DNA of 58,965 nucleotides, taken from assembly GCA_038078555.1 (NCBI GenBank), contig JBBTYQ010000001.1, positions 1-58,965 of the forward strand. The letters are read 5' to 3'. The translations under genes and the position numbers were made by a program. A model generated the notes under the pieces. It saw nothing but the letters and a program-made list of their open reading frames with translations, was not told the DNA's origin and did not search any database. Below, in pieces: positions 27,201 through 36,491 of this stretch (position 1 is its first letter; each line of letters begins with the position of its first letter). This DNA comes from Patescibacteria group bacterium. GTDB lineage: Bacteria > Patescibacteriota > Minisyncoccia > UBA6257 > UBA9933.

Positions 27201-29147
27201 TCAGGCTTTTGGAGCCTCGGCAGCTGACGTTGCTTCTTCCGGCGACCAACCTACTGCATAATTATTCATTGTTTTTTCAAAATGATCTTTAGTATCTTGG
27301 GACATATTACTTATGGCATCTTCATAAACTGTTGTAAAAATTTTTCGCGATTTACTGTCAAATTTAGGAATTATATTTGCTACTAGAGCGGAGTTTGTAG
27401 TTGCAATAGCTCCGGCAATATATTGTGACAATATTTTTAGTGAATCCGCATCAAAACCAAATTTGGCATTACCGCTATACATATCTTTAAAAGACGCCAT
27501 AGCAACTTCTTTTTTAGTAAACTTACTCATAAGATCATTTGTAGCTTTTTCTAATTCTTCAGCCCTTTTTATTGGATCTGCTGTTTTCAAAGCATTATTA
27601 ATTTCTACACTAAAGAGTCCCTGATTTTGCAAATCAGAAAATGCCTTGCCTTGATTAAATCTAATAAATTTACTCTTGTTTTCGTCTGTAAAAATTTCCT
27701 TTACGTTTAAATCACCTAACGCCCCTTCTTTGCCCAATCTCTTAAGCAAAGCTATTTTATGCGGAGCAGAGGCGGTTAACCACGAAGCTGTTTTATAAGC
27801 TGCCTTAGCCTCGGCTGAAGACATAGCCCCGACTTCTTTTTCATAATGTTTTACTAAATCTTCGCCTCCTTTTGTTGATAATTTAGTAATTCCTTGAGCA
27901 AGCCAACCGGTCGTAAGTTTTCTTACCTTTGATTTTGATGACCACTCTGTAAGTTTCTCGGCTCGAGATTTGTCGTCTGGTTTAGGACCTTTTTTACTCA
28001 ACCAACCAGTGCCATACTGAAACCCTCTCTTCTTTGTCCAATTACCAATGCCATAACTTGCTTTTTCCGCCCAACCGTAAAAAATCGCTCCACCACTACC
28101 GCTTAATTTTTTAGCCACTATTAATCCGCCAAAAATCAATCCCAAAACAATCACTAAATTTCCAATCACCGACAAACCGCTTGATACAGTAGTTGGAAAA
28201 CCTTGAGCTGCTTCATTAGCCATGTTAATAAATTCAGAATGATGATTATTCGCCGCAATCACCGCTAAATAAAGAAAAAATAAAGTAATTGGCGCAAAAA
28301 ACACCCATTCTATAAATGTATTCCACCATTTTTTCCAATAACCGGCTGTACTGGGAAAAATCCACAAAAGCCAGACAAGTGGCGAAAGAATCAAAAGAAT
28401 GCCTAAAGCAATATAACGAATAAAAAGCATTACTGCGGTTGCTAAAAGTGCCAGCGCGCCAAGCAGTGTGAAAAAAGCGATAAAAAATATCGAAGCAACC
28501 GTATTTAATAATCCAACGCCCATACTTCCCGCTCCTTCAAAAGAAATCCCCCCTTGCATAATCGCATCTACGCTTAACAATCCTTGAACTTCGAGAATGC
28601 CCGCAAAAGCGCTGGAAAAAGAATCAGGCCCGGTTAAAGTTGATTTTTCCAAAAAATAAACAGTAAAAAAATTGGCTAAATTAATGAACGCTCCGGCAAT
28701 CACCAAACTGAAATTCACCAAAAGCGCGGCTACAATTAATTTCCAAAGCACTGATTTTACGCCGTAGCTTTCCTGTCTTAAAATCGTGGCAAAAGCAATT
28801 ACGATAATCGCCAAGACAAAACCCAAGTTGGCGAAATTAAGAACTATTGACCAGCCGATTTTAACGGTCGGACTGTCAATAATGTGCATATTCATCTTTA
28901 TTGCTAAAGAAACCAAAAATCCGGCAATAGTAAACAGTACAGAAGCAATCCAGGCCATTACATAGCCGATTCCAGTAGCGGCCCACCCTACAACTGATGC
29001 TTTTATGCTCCCCATTCCCATTCCAATCAAACCATCAAGCCAACCTTCTCCTTCAGCCGCCAAAGCGCTGTTAGTAAACAACAATCCTAAAACCACTACT
29101 AAAGAAATTATCCAAATTATTTTTTTATTGAAAAATTTTATTTTCAT
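27201..29147 (-). CDS. Polytopic VirB6/TrbL-like T4SS membrane protein with a C-terminal helical soluble domain
   Basis: Signal peptide plus at least 8 hydrophobic helices over about 370 aa, then about 270 aa hydrophilic. Position and topology fit VirB6/TrbL, but I can cite no sequence motif. Confidence 0.45.
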   Translation of the reverse strand: MKIKFFNKKIIWIISLVVVLGLLFTNSALAAEGEGWLDGLIGMGMGSIKASVVGWAATGIGYVMAWIASVLFTIAGFLVSLAIKMNMHIIDSPTVKIGWSIVLNFANLGFVLAIIVIAFATILRQESYGVKSVLWKLIVAALLVNFSLVIAGAFINLANFFTVYFLEKSTLTGPDSFSSAFAGILEVQGLLSVDAIMQGGISFEGAGSMGVGLLNTVASIFFIAFFTLLGALALLATAVMLFIRYIALGILLILSPLVWLLWIFPSTAGYWKKWWNTFIEWVFFAPITLFFLYLAVIAANNHHSEFINMANEAAQGFPTTVSSGLSVIGNLVIVLGLIFGGLIVAKKLSGSGGAIFYGWAEKASYGIGNWTKKRGFQYGTGWLSKKGPKPDDKSRAEKLTEWSSKSKVRKLTTGWLAQGITKLSTKGGEDLVKHYEKEVGAMSSAEAKAAYKTASWLTASAPHKIALLKRLGKEGALGDLNVKEIFTDENKSKFIRFNQGKAFSDLQNQGLFSVEINNALKTADPIKRAEELEKATNDLMSKFTKKEVAMASFKDMYSGNAKFGFDADSLKILSQYIAGAIATTNSALVANIIPKFDSKSRKIFTTVYEDAISNMSQDTKDHFEKTMNNYAVGWSPEEATSAAEAPKA

Positions 29148-29151
29148 AAAA

Positions 29152-30627
29152 TTAATTTTGCGATTGAAGCTGAATACAGGTATTTAATCTGTTTTGACCG
29201 TTAGTCAGATTGATTTGCCATGCTTGCGCTTCTTGGTCAGCTGCCAAACGATTTGCGCCGCTAAGAATCTGCTCCTGAATAACTTGAGTGTCATATTTAT
29301 CCATGAACTGAGCATACCCTTGCTGAGCAATAGTTAATTGTCTTACAGTACCGGCCAGATTAATCGTAGCTATTACATTATTAGCTTCTTTAATTTTATT
29401 TTCTAAAGCAATTATTACGGGTTTTAAAATATTAATAGCATCCTGAACCGCCTGAATTTCACTGCTCGAAACTAATGGAATACAATTGCGCGCATTGATT
29501 CCCTGGTAAATAACGAGCAATTGTTCGGCTGAAGATAAAGAATTTCTCTTTGCATTCAAAATATACTGCCACTCATTAATAATAGCTTGAACCTGTTTTG
29601 TCATCTGCCTCTTTTGCGAAGCTATTTCTGCATCAACCACGGTTTGATATTCAGGCGGCCGATAAGAAGAACCTCCGCCTCCGGCTGATGACCCCCCTTT
29701 TACCAAACCAACCCCTTCTTTAATCACTCTATTAATAACAGCGTTAACTAAAGCAGAAGTCCACGAGTGAATATTAGCGGCCCATTTTGTATCGCTCGTT
29801 ACAGCATCAGCCACCGCCGCGCCAACCGTATCGCCCGGAGTAATAATTTCTTCTTTTAAACATTTGCTTGGAGGAGCGGATTTTTTAGCTGAGTCGATAC
29901 AATTAGATAACGCCGCGCCTGTTGCGCCGGTATTTGTGCAGGATTGTATTAACGCATCCAATTGCTTATTTGGTTCATATTCTAAGCATCGTTTAACCGA
30001 CAAAAATCCTTTGCCAGCCAAAGCTTCATTTCTAGCCGCTTCGCTAGCCGCCCATTCCTTCGAAAGCATTTCATCGTGAATTATAAGCATTGTTCCGAAA
30101 TAATTATTTTGCGGTTGCCAGGCTTCGTTATAAGCAAGCCAGCCGCCATTTTCAAAATTCTCGTAAAAATCCTCAATATTTTCCACAATATCATCTAATG
30201 TACACTCCACCCGCTGGCCAAATTTTTTAACCGGCAAAAGCGACAATTTTACTTGAAGTTTGAAAGGCGAACACAAAAAAGCCGCGTCTGTCTGAAGAAT
30301 TACATCACCAATTGCCGCTTGTCCGGCATCTTTCATAAAACCGTTCCAATCAGTGACAAATCTCGGCTTGCCGCCGCCTTGAATCCACTCGGTTGTTTGG
30401 TCAACTATATGGTCAATGATACGCTTGGCAATAATATCACGGAGAGATAGGCCCGTCTTTTCTTCAAGCCACATTATTTCTTCTCTCATGGTCTGATAAA
30501 CAGTTTTACCAATATGAACAATATCAATAACCGCAATCGCTTCGGCTCTTTTAGGCAGAATTAATCCGCTGCTAAAAATAACAATCAGCAAAATAGATAC
30601 TAAAATTTTTTCTATTTTTCCGTTCAT
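29152..30627 (-). CDS. Secreted hypothetical protein, possibly VirB5/TrbJ-like
   Basis: Signal peptide. The mature start AIAVIDIVHIGKTVYQTMREEI resembles the PV(I/F)D...Q start of TrbJ/VirB5 family proteins. The C-terminus is coiled-coil-like and Gln-rich. Confidence 0.35.
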   Translation of the reverse strand: MNGKIEKILVSILLIVIFSSGLILPKRAEAIAVIDIVHIGKTVYQTMREEIMWLEEKTGLSLRDIIAKRIIDHIVDQTTEWIQGGGKPRFVTDWNGFMKDAGQAAIGDVILQTDAAFLCSPFKLQVKLSLLPVKKFGQRVECTLDDIVENIEDFYENFENGGWLAYNEAWQPQNNYFGTMLIIHDEMLSKEWAASEAARNEALAGKGFLSVKRCLEYEPNKQLDALIQSCTNTGATGAALSNCIDSAKKSAPPSKCLKEEIITPGDTVGAAVADAVTSDTKWAANIHSWTSALVNAVINRVIKEGVGLVKGGSSAGGGGSSYRPPEYQTVVDAEIASQKRQMTKQVQAIINEWQYILNAKRNSLSSAEQLLVIYQGINARNCIPLVSSSEIQAVQDAINILKPVIIALENKIKEANNVIATINLAGTVRQLTIAQQGYAQFMDKYDTQVIQEQILSGANRLAADQEAQAWQINLTNGQNRLNTCIQLQSQN

Positions 30628-31487
30628 AATCCAATTGCTTTAGATTTTTCGCTCAACAAATCCTGAACTTCCTGCGCTTTTTCTGATAATTGCGGAAGTG
30701 TTTGCGCAGCCAAATAACCTTTGATTGGATCTTTTGAACAATCCGCTAATGCTTGATAAATTAAGCTGGCATTTTTAAAATGAATGATTATTTGTTTATG
30801 AATATCCGACCAATCAGACGGAATAATAAGATTTAAATAATCTTTTGCCAAATTTTGATAAAGAGTATTCAATTCTTGATTTAAGGAAGAATTACCGGTC
30901 AAAAAACAATCGCTTTCAATATCTTTAGTTATTTGTTTAGCTGTTCTCTGATATTTAGGATCGCGAAATCTATTTTGAGAAATCAACTCGATTTCTTTAA
31001 GATAATCCTTTTTCGCCTCGCGTGAATTATCCTGTGAAATTTTTATATCCTTGTCATCAACCAAAACGCTGAAAATCAATTGCGGATCTTGAAGACCTGC
31101 CAATGCCTCCTCAATCAATTTTTGGCTTTCTGGATTATTGGAATCAAAACCTTCAAAAGGATTATCGCTGCCTTGATCCATTTCTTTCATCTGACCAAAC
31201 ATTGATTTGGCAACAAATTCGGTTAAATTAACAGTCTGTTGGCTCGCCAATGCTTGATTATTTATTTTTTTAACGTCAGTTAAATTTTCCAAACCCGAAT
31301 AAATATCAGGATTTAAATCTTTTAGCCATTGAATCGGATTTTGAGCCGAAATTTTATCAATTGTTTTTTTGGCGTCTGTTAAGCTTTGGTCTGCTTCGAC
31401 ATTTGGCGCGGAATTTTTCAAAATAAAATAAGAGCCCGTCAATCCTGCAAATAAAATCAAAATCATTGCCGCAATTTTCAAATTCAT
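30624..31487 (-). CDS. Membrane-anchored hypothetical protein, first gene of the T4SS-like operon
   Basis: N-terminal TM AAMILILFAGLTGSYFIL, then a helical ectodomain. The stop overlaps the next start (ATGA). Confidence 0.55.
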   Translation of the reverse strand: MNLKIAAMILILFAGLTGSYFILKNSAPNVEADQSLTDAKKTIDKISAQNPIQWLKDLNPDIYSGLENLTDVKKINNQALASQQTVNLTEFVAKSMFGQMKEMDQGSDNPFEGFDSNNPESQKLIEEALAGLQDPQLIFSVLVDDKDIKISQDNSREAKKDYLKEIELISQNRFRDPKYQRTAKQITKDIESDCFLTGNSSLNQELNTLYQNLAKDYLNLIIPSDWSDIHKQIIIHFKNASLIYQALADCSKDPIKGYLAAQTLPQLSEKAQEVQDLLSEKSKAIGL

Positions 31488-31515
31488 ATTGATTTAATTA
31501 TATCATTTTATACGC

Positions 31516-32358
31516 TCAAAACAATGTTGATAACTCTATAATTTGTTTAATATTCAAATCTTGAGGTCTTTTATTGGGGTTGATGCCGGTTTCAAGTAAT
31601 TTTTTAATAATTTCTTCTTTCGTTTCGGCTAAACCTTGAGCTTTTATCCCTGATGCCAAATTATTAATAATTGTTTTTCTCGGCTGCTTATAAAGAATCT
31701 TGATGAATTGATAATAAGTTTCAGGTGTTAAATTTTGGGTTTTGGGTTTTAATTTTATTATTGAACTGTCTACCTTTGGCGGCGGCCGAAAATATTTTTT
31801 TGAAACGTTAGCGATTATTTCCGGCTCTGCCCAAACTTGAATACTGGCGGCTAATAAATTCATTTTTGGCTTGCCCTGAGCTTGCCGAAGAGGCTTACCC
31901 TGAGCTTGCCGAAGGGCGCAAATGCGATCCGCCACTTCTTTTTGTATTAAAAAAACTATCAATGATGGCTTATTTTCCAATTCCGACAAAATCCTTAATA
32001 AATAACCAGTTATATAGTAAGGAATGTTGCCGACCAGTTTATAGTTAGCAATTGGTAATTTATAGTTGGCAGTTAATTTTGGCAAAACTTTCAGCGCATC
32101 GCCTTCAATAATTTCTATATTTTCTTCTTTAGAAAATTTTTCTTTTAAAAAATCGACAAAGTTTTTATCTTTTTCAACGGCAAAAATTTTCGCCTCTATT
32201 TTTTTATCAATTAACCGATTAACCAATTCACTGGTTAATTCTCCGTGTCCCGACCCGATTTCAATTAAAACGTCTCCTTGTTCAATTTCAATTGCGTCGG
32301 CAATTTTTCTCAGCTTTTTTTTATTTATTAAAAAATGCTGGCCTAGATATCTTGGCAT
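31516..32358 (-). CDS. rsmA: 16S rRNA (adenine1518/1519-N6)-dimethyltransferase
   Basis: LGQHFLINKKKLRKIADAIEIEQGDVLIEIGSGHGELT and VGNIPYYITG motifs. Confidence 0.9.
   Translation of the reverse strand: MPRYLGQHFLINKKKLRKIADAIEIEQGDVLIEIGSGHGELTSELVNRLIDKKIEAKIFAVEKDKNFVDFLKEKFSKEENIEIIEGDALKVLPKLTANYKLPIANYKLVGNIPYYITGYLLRILSELENKPSLIVFLIQKEVADRICALRQAQGKPLRQAQGKPKMNLLAASIQVWAEPEIIANVSKKYFRPPPKVDSSIIKLKPKTQNLTPETYYQFIKILYKQPRKTIINNLASGIKAQGLAETKEEIIKKLLETGINPNKRPQDLNIKQIIELSTLF
31868..31915. repeat. GC-rich 24-nt tandem repeat (2 copies, 2 mismatches) in frame inside rsmA
   Basis: GGCTTGCCCTGAGCTTGCCGAAGA / GGCTTACCCTGAGCTTGCCGAAGG encodes LRQAQGKP twice. Confidence 0.9.
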
Positions 32359-32370
32359 AAAATAATAATT

Positions 32371-34176
32371 TTAAAATTCAATAATATAACGCTCTTCATC
32401 TCCCAAGGAACGCTCTCCGGAAAACTTCACCAACTCCGGAGGAATTTCATAAAGAAATCTTGAGGGAATATGATAAAAATTAATGCATAATTCTTTCTTA
32501 GCCCGAGTCATCGCCACATACATCAAGCGCCTTTCCTCTTCGATTTCTTCTTCGCTGTAATAAGACATTTGATGGGGCATTAATCCTTCATTGCAGCCGA
32601 TTAAAAAAACATTATCAAATTCCAATCCTTTGGATAAATGAATTGACATTAAATTTACCCGCGTTATTTTTTTCGTATTTTCTTCTTCTCTAATTAAATC
32701 TGATGCTTGCAACAAAGAAATGCGCTCAAGAAACTCGCTTAAATCATTAAATCCCGAAGCAAAATAAACAAGCTCATTGATGTTTTCAATTCGCTCCTCG
32801 AAATTTAAAAAATTCTTTTTTAAATTGGCAAAATAATCGCTTATTTCCAAAGCTTTGCTGATTAAGGCAACCGGCTGAAGTTTTTTTGCCGCCTCGGGCA
32901 ATCCCCGCTCAATTTCTAAAAAAGTTTTTTTGGTAAAATTCTTTTTTAACCGCTCCAGGCTTACTGAATCTCGCGGATTTGCTCCCCAGCGCAACATTGC
33001 TACAACGTCTTTAATCTCTTTTCTTTCATAAAATCTTAATCCGCCGAAAATTTTATAAGCAACACCCTTTTCAATTAAAGCCGATTCAATCGCGCGCGAC
33101 TGGGCATTGGTGCGATAAAGAATACCAATAGAAGAATCCGCGTTTCCGCGCTTCAAGTTTTCAATTTCCGATGAAACATATTCAGCCTCGTCAGCCTCAT
33201 CATTGTGCTCAACGACTTTTATCAAATCCCCTTCGCTATTTTCCGTCCAAAGTTTTTTCGGTTTTTGATATTTATTTTTTTCTATTACTGCGGAAGCCGC
33301 TTTAATGATATTTCCGGCTGAGCGATAATTTTGTTCCAACAAAATAACTTTAGTCTGGGGCCAGTCTTTTTCGAAATTCAAAAAATTCCTAAAGTCCGAC
33401 CCTCTGAATTTATAAATTGACTGCTGGTCATCTCCCACTACGCTCAAATTTTTATGTTTTTGGGCCAAAAATTTTATAAAAGCGTATTGAGAAACATTGG
33501 TATCTTGAAATTCATCAACTAAAATATATTGAAACTGATTTTGATATTTTTCCAAAATTTCCGGGTGATTTTTAAAAAGCCTTACCGGTTTCTCGATTAA
33601 ATCGTCAAAGTCAAAAGCGTTATTTTGTTTAAGCGCCAATTCATATTCTTTATAAAAATTTTCAAAGTCTTCGCCCTCCACATCGGCCAATTCATTTTTA
33701 ATTCTTGAAAAATCGCGCCGGAGCAAAATCGGAGTAATTTTACGGCTATCTTTCTCGGCTAAATTAAAATTCTTAATAACCATTTTTATCAATCTCAAAG
33801 AATCATCCTCGTCAAAAATGGAAAAATTCGAGTTTCGGCCGAAAAACTTTGCTTCTTTTTTTAAAATACGCGCGCCCAGCGAATGAAACGTGCCGATAAA
33901 AGGCAAATTTTGAATTATAAATTTTGAATTATGTCTTTCGGGTTTATCGCTGTTAATTTCCTCTTCATGGCTCATAATTCGTTTGCGCATCTCATCCGCC
34001 GCTTTATTGGTAAAAGTGATGGCAATAATATTTTCAGGGAGAATTCCTGATTTTATCAAACTAAAAAGCCGGCTGGTTAATGTCTTAGTTTTTCCCGAAC
34101 CGGCGCCAGCCGCAATTAAAAGCGGTCCGCCCAAATAATCAACCGCTTCTTTTTGCTTCTTATTAAGATTAGCCAT
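32371..34176 (-). CDS. UvrD/PcrA/Rep-family ATP-dependent DNA helicase (compact, 601 aa)
   Basis: LIAAGAGSGKTKTLTSR (motif I), ILVDEFQDTN (motif II), VGDDQQSIYKFRG, and C-terminal VAMTRAKKEL. Confidence 0.9.
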   Translation of the reverse strand: MANLNKKQKEAVDYLGGPLLIAAGAGSGKTKTLTSRLFSLIKSGILPENIIAITFTNKAADEMRKRIMSHEEEINSDKPERHNSKFIIQNLPFIGTFHSLGARILKKEAKFFGRNSNFSIFDEDDSLRLIKMVIKNFNLAEKDSRKITPILLRRDFSRIKNELADVEGEDFENFYKEYELALKQNNAFDFDDLIEKPVRLFKNHPEILEKYQNQFQYILVDEFQDTNVSQYAFIKFLAQKHKNLSVVGDDQQSIYKFRGSDFRNFLNFEKDWPQTKVILLEQNYRSAGNIIKAASAVIEKNKYQKPKKLWTENSEGDLIKVVEHNDEADEAEYVSSEIENLKRGNADSSIGILYRTNAQSRAIESALIEKGVAYKIFGGLRFYERKEIKDVVAMLRWGANPRDSVSLERLKKNFTKKTFLEIERGLPEAAKKLQPVALISKALEISDYFANLKKNFLNFEERIENINELVYFASGFNDLSEFLERISLLQASDLIREEENTKKITRVNLMSIHLSKGLEFDNVFLIGCNEGLMPHQMSYYSEEEIEEERRLMYVAMTRAKKELCINFYHIPSRFLYEIPPELVKFSGERSLGDEERYIIEF

Positions 34177-34177
34177 A

Positions 34178-35713
34178 TTACTCCTTGTCTTTCAGCCGAT
34201 ATTGAAAGGCCTCGGCTAAATGTTCCGCCTTAACAATATCACAATTTTCCAGGTCAGCAATTGTTTGGGCGATTTTTAAAATCCGATAATAACCTCGGGC
34301 GGAAATAAACGATTTTTCCAGGATATTCTTCAAAAAATCTTCTGCCTCAGCCGATAAATTAATTAATTCATCTGTCTGTTTTGAACTCATTTCCGAATTG
34401 GTAAAAATTTTCAGCTTAGCTCCAGAAAATCGTTTCTCCTGAACTTTGCGGGCTCCGATAACTTTATTTTTTATATTTCTAGCTGAATCGTCATTTTTTT
34501 GTTTTCTTAGATTTTCAATTTTTATTCTCGGCACTTCAATCTGAATATCAATTCTATCCAATAATGGCCCGGATATTTTCTTTTGATAACGAAAAACCTC
34601 GTAAGCGCTGCATCGGCAGACATGCTCCGGGTCATTAAAATAACCGCAAGGGCAGGGGTTCATAGCCGCTACTAAAGAAAATCTTGCGGGAAACACCAAA
34701 ACATTTTTTGCTCTTGATACACAAACTGTTCCGCTCTCCAAAGGCTGGCGCAAAGATTCTAAAAGATCTCTTCGGAATTCCGGAATCTCATCCAAAAATA
34801 AAACTCCGCGGTGCGCCAAACTTATTTCTCCCGGCCTTGGATTGGCGCCTCCGCCAATAACCGAAACAGGCGAAGCGCTATGATGAGGAGAACGAAATGG
34901 CCGGAAATTTACAAAAGTTTTTCCGCTTAAAAACCCCGCCGCAGAATAAATTTTTGTTATCTCGATAATTTCTTCGGCATTGGGCGGCGGCAGAATAGAA
35001 AGCATCGCCTGAGCCAGCATCGTCTTGCCCGACCCCGGCGGTCCGGACATCAGAACATTATGGCCGCCGGCAGCCGCAATCATTAAGGCTCTTTTGGCGC
35101 TTTCTTGTCCTTTGATTTCAGAAATGTGAACAGCATAATTTTCACCTACGGATTCTAAATTTGTAATGTTCTGAATGCCGATTAAATTTCTGTCTTCCAA
35201 GTGATCGATAATTTCCAATATATTATTAACCGGAATAATGTTGATTCCTTCAATAATCGCCGCCTCTACGGCATTTTGTCTTGGCAAAAATAAAAATTTA
35301 AATCCTGATTTTTTTGCCAATTGAGTAATGCTCAAACTGCCGTTTACCGGCCTTAACATTCCGTCAAGCGAAAGTTCGCCGATAAAAATTTTATCGCTTG
35401 CGTCAAACTCTTTAATTTGTTTGGTCGCAAGCAAATAGCCCAAGGCTATGGCCAAATCATATTGAGAACCGTTCTTTTTAACATCAGCCGGCGCCAAATT
35501 TATGGTAATTCTCCTGTTTTCTTTGGTCGGCGGCTTGATACCGGAATTTTTTAAAGCTGAACTGACGCGCTCTTTGGCCTCGTTAAGCGCCTTGTCAGCC
35601 AATCCTACTATATTAAAAGAATGGAGACCGACATTAATATCGGTCTCCACTTCAATAAGCTTCGCATCAATTCCCTCTAGCTCCGCAGAATAAACTTTAG
35701 AAAAATTTTTCAT
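34178..35713 (-). CDS. comM: YifB/ComM family Mg-chelatase-like AAA+ ATPase
   Basis: N-terminal Lon-protease-like domain, Walker A MSGPPGSGKTMLA, VLFLDEIPEF, and a C-terminal zinc cluster CPCGY...CRC. Confidence 0.9.
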   Translation of the reverse strand: MKNFSKVYSAELEGIDAKLIEVETDINVGLHSFNIVGLADKALNEAKERVSSALKNSGIKPPTKENRRITINLAPADVKKNGSQYDLAIALGYLLATKQIKEFDASDKIFIGELSLDGMLRPVNGSLSITQLAKKSGFKFLFLPRQNAVEAAIIEGINIIPVNNILEIIDHLEDRNLIGIQNITNLESVGENYAVHISEIKGQESAKRALMIAAAGGHNVLMSGPPGSGKTMLAQAMLSILPPPNAEEIIEITKIYSAAGFLSGKTFVNFRPFRSPHHSASPVSVIGGGANPRPGEISLAHRGVLFLDEIPEFRRDLLESLRQPLESGTVCVSRAKNVLVFPARFSLVAAMNPCPCGYFNDPEHVCRCSAYEVFRYQKKISGPLLDRIDIQIEVPRIKIENLRKQKNDDSARNIKNKVIGARKVQEKRFSGAKLKIFTNSEMSSKQTDELINLSAEAEDFLKNILEKSFISARGYYRILKIAQTIADLENCDIVKAEHLAEAFQYRLKDKE

Positions 35714-35780
35714 GGAATATTCCGGAATAATGCGAATTATTAATAAGTAATGCTAATAAATTTAGTCGCGTTAGCGTTAG

Positions 35781-36116
35781 TTAGCGATTATTTTTTTTCT
35801 TGCACTCTTTGCACAATCTTGATTCCGGATCAACTTTAAGCAAATCCAAAGAAATTTCTTTTTTGCATTTTTCACAAACGCCGTAATTGCCGTTTTTAGC
35901 TTTTTTCAAAGCGGAATTAATATCTGCTAAGCGATTTTTGTAAGTTTGAGCGACCGAAAGCCTATTGCCGTATTCTTCCGATTCATCGGTTTCTTGGTCC
36001 GGGTCAACATCGCTGCCGAAATCAGGCATACCAACGTATTTTTTCAATTTCTCTTCTATCCCCTTTTTTTCTTTTTCTAGCTGCTTTTTAAATTGTTCTA
36101 TATTTTTCTTTAGCAT
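35781..36116 (-). CDS. TraR/DksA-type C4 zinc-finger protein
   Basis: Coiled-coil N-terminus and CEKCKKEISLDLLKVDPESRLCKECKKK. Confidence 0.75.
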   Translation of the reverse strand: MLKKNIEQFKKQLEKEKKGIEEKLKKYVGMPDFGSDVDPDQETDESEEYGNRLSVAQTYKNRLADINSALKKAKNGNYGVCEKCKKEISLDLLKVDPESRLCKECKKKNNR

Positions 36117-36137
36117 AAAAATTAATAAACTGGTTTT

Positions 36138-36455
36138 TTAAAGTATCTTTAATACCAAATAATAAGTCAAAAATCCCGCTCCAAGCGCAACAAGAAAAAT
36201 TCCGATAACTGTTAAAATTGTTTTTAAAACTGATGTCTTTTCTGTTGCGTTAAAAATCTGCTGATTTGTCGAATTTGTCGCTTGGGCTATCATCGGCTGA
36301 GTTTCGGAAATAGGCGCTTGCGTTAAACTGAAATCGCCTCCGCTTAATTTAACCGCCTCAATATCAGACTCCATTGTTCTAATTTTAATTTCATTTTGAG
36401 GCGGGGGCAAGACAGTATTCTGATTTGATTGTTGAATTGAATTTTGCCCGTCCAT
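36138..36455 (-). CDS. Small C-terminally anchored membrane protein
   Basis: Gln/Asn-rich N-terminus, an IRTMESDIEAVK motif, and a C-terminal TM ILTVIGIFLVALGAGFLTYYLVL. Confidence 0.5.
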   Translation of the reverse strand: MDGQNSIQQSNQNTVLPPPQNEIKIRTMESDIEAVKLSGGDFSLTQAPISETQPMIAQATNSTNQQIFNATEKTSVLKTILTVIGIFLVALGAGFLTYYLVLKIL

Positions 36456-36491
36456 TGCCGTATTATAAATTTTTTATCTCAAAAACGCAAT

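Noticed and set aside
31866-32048. Plus-strand ORF MACPELAEEAYPELAEG..., antisense to rsmA
   Set aside because: It is created by the antisense reading of the GC-rich tandem repeat. The rsmA frame carries all the conserved methyltransferase motifs.
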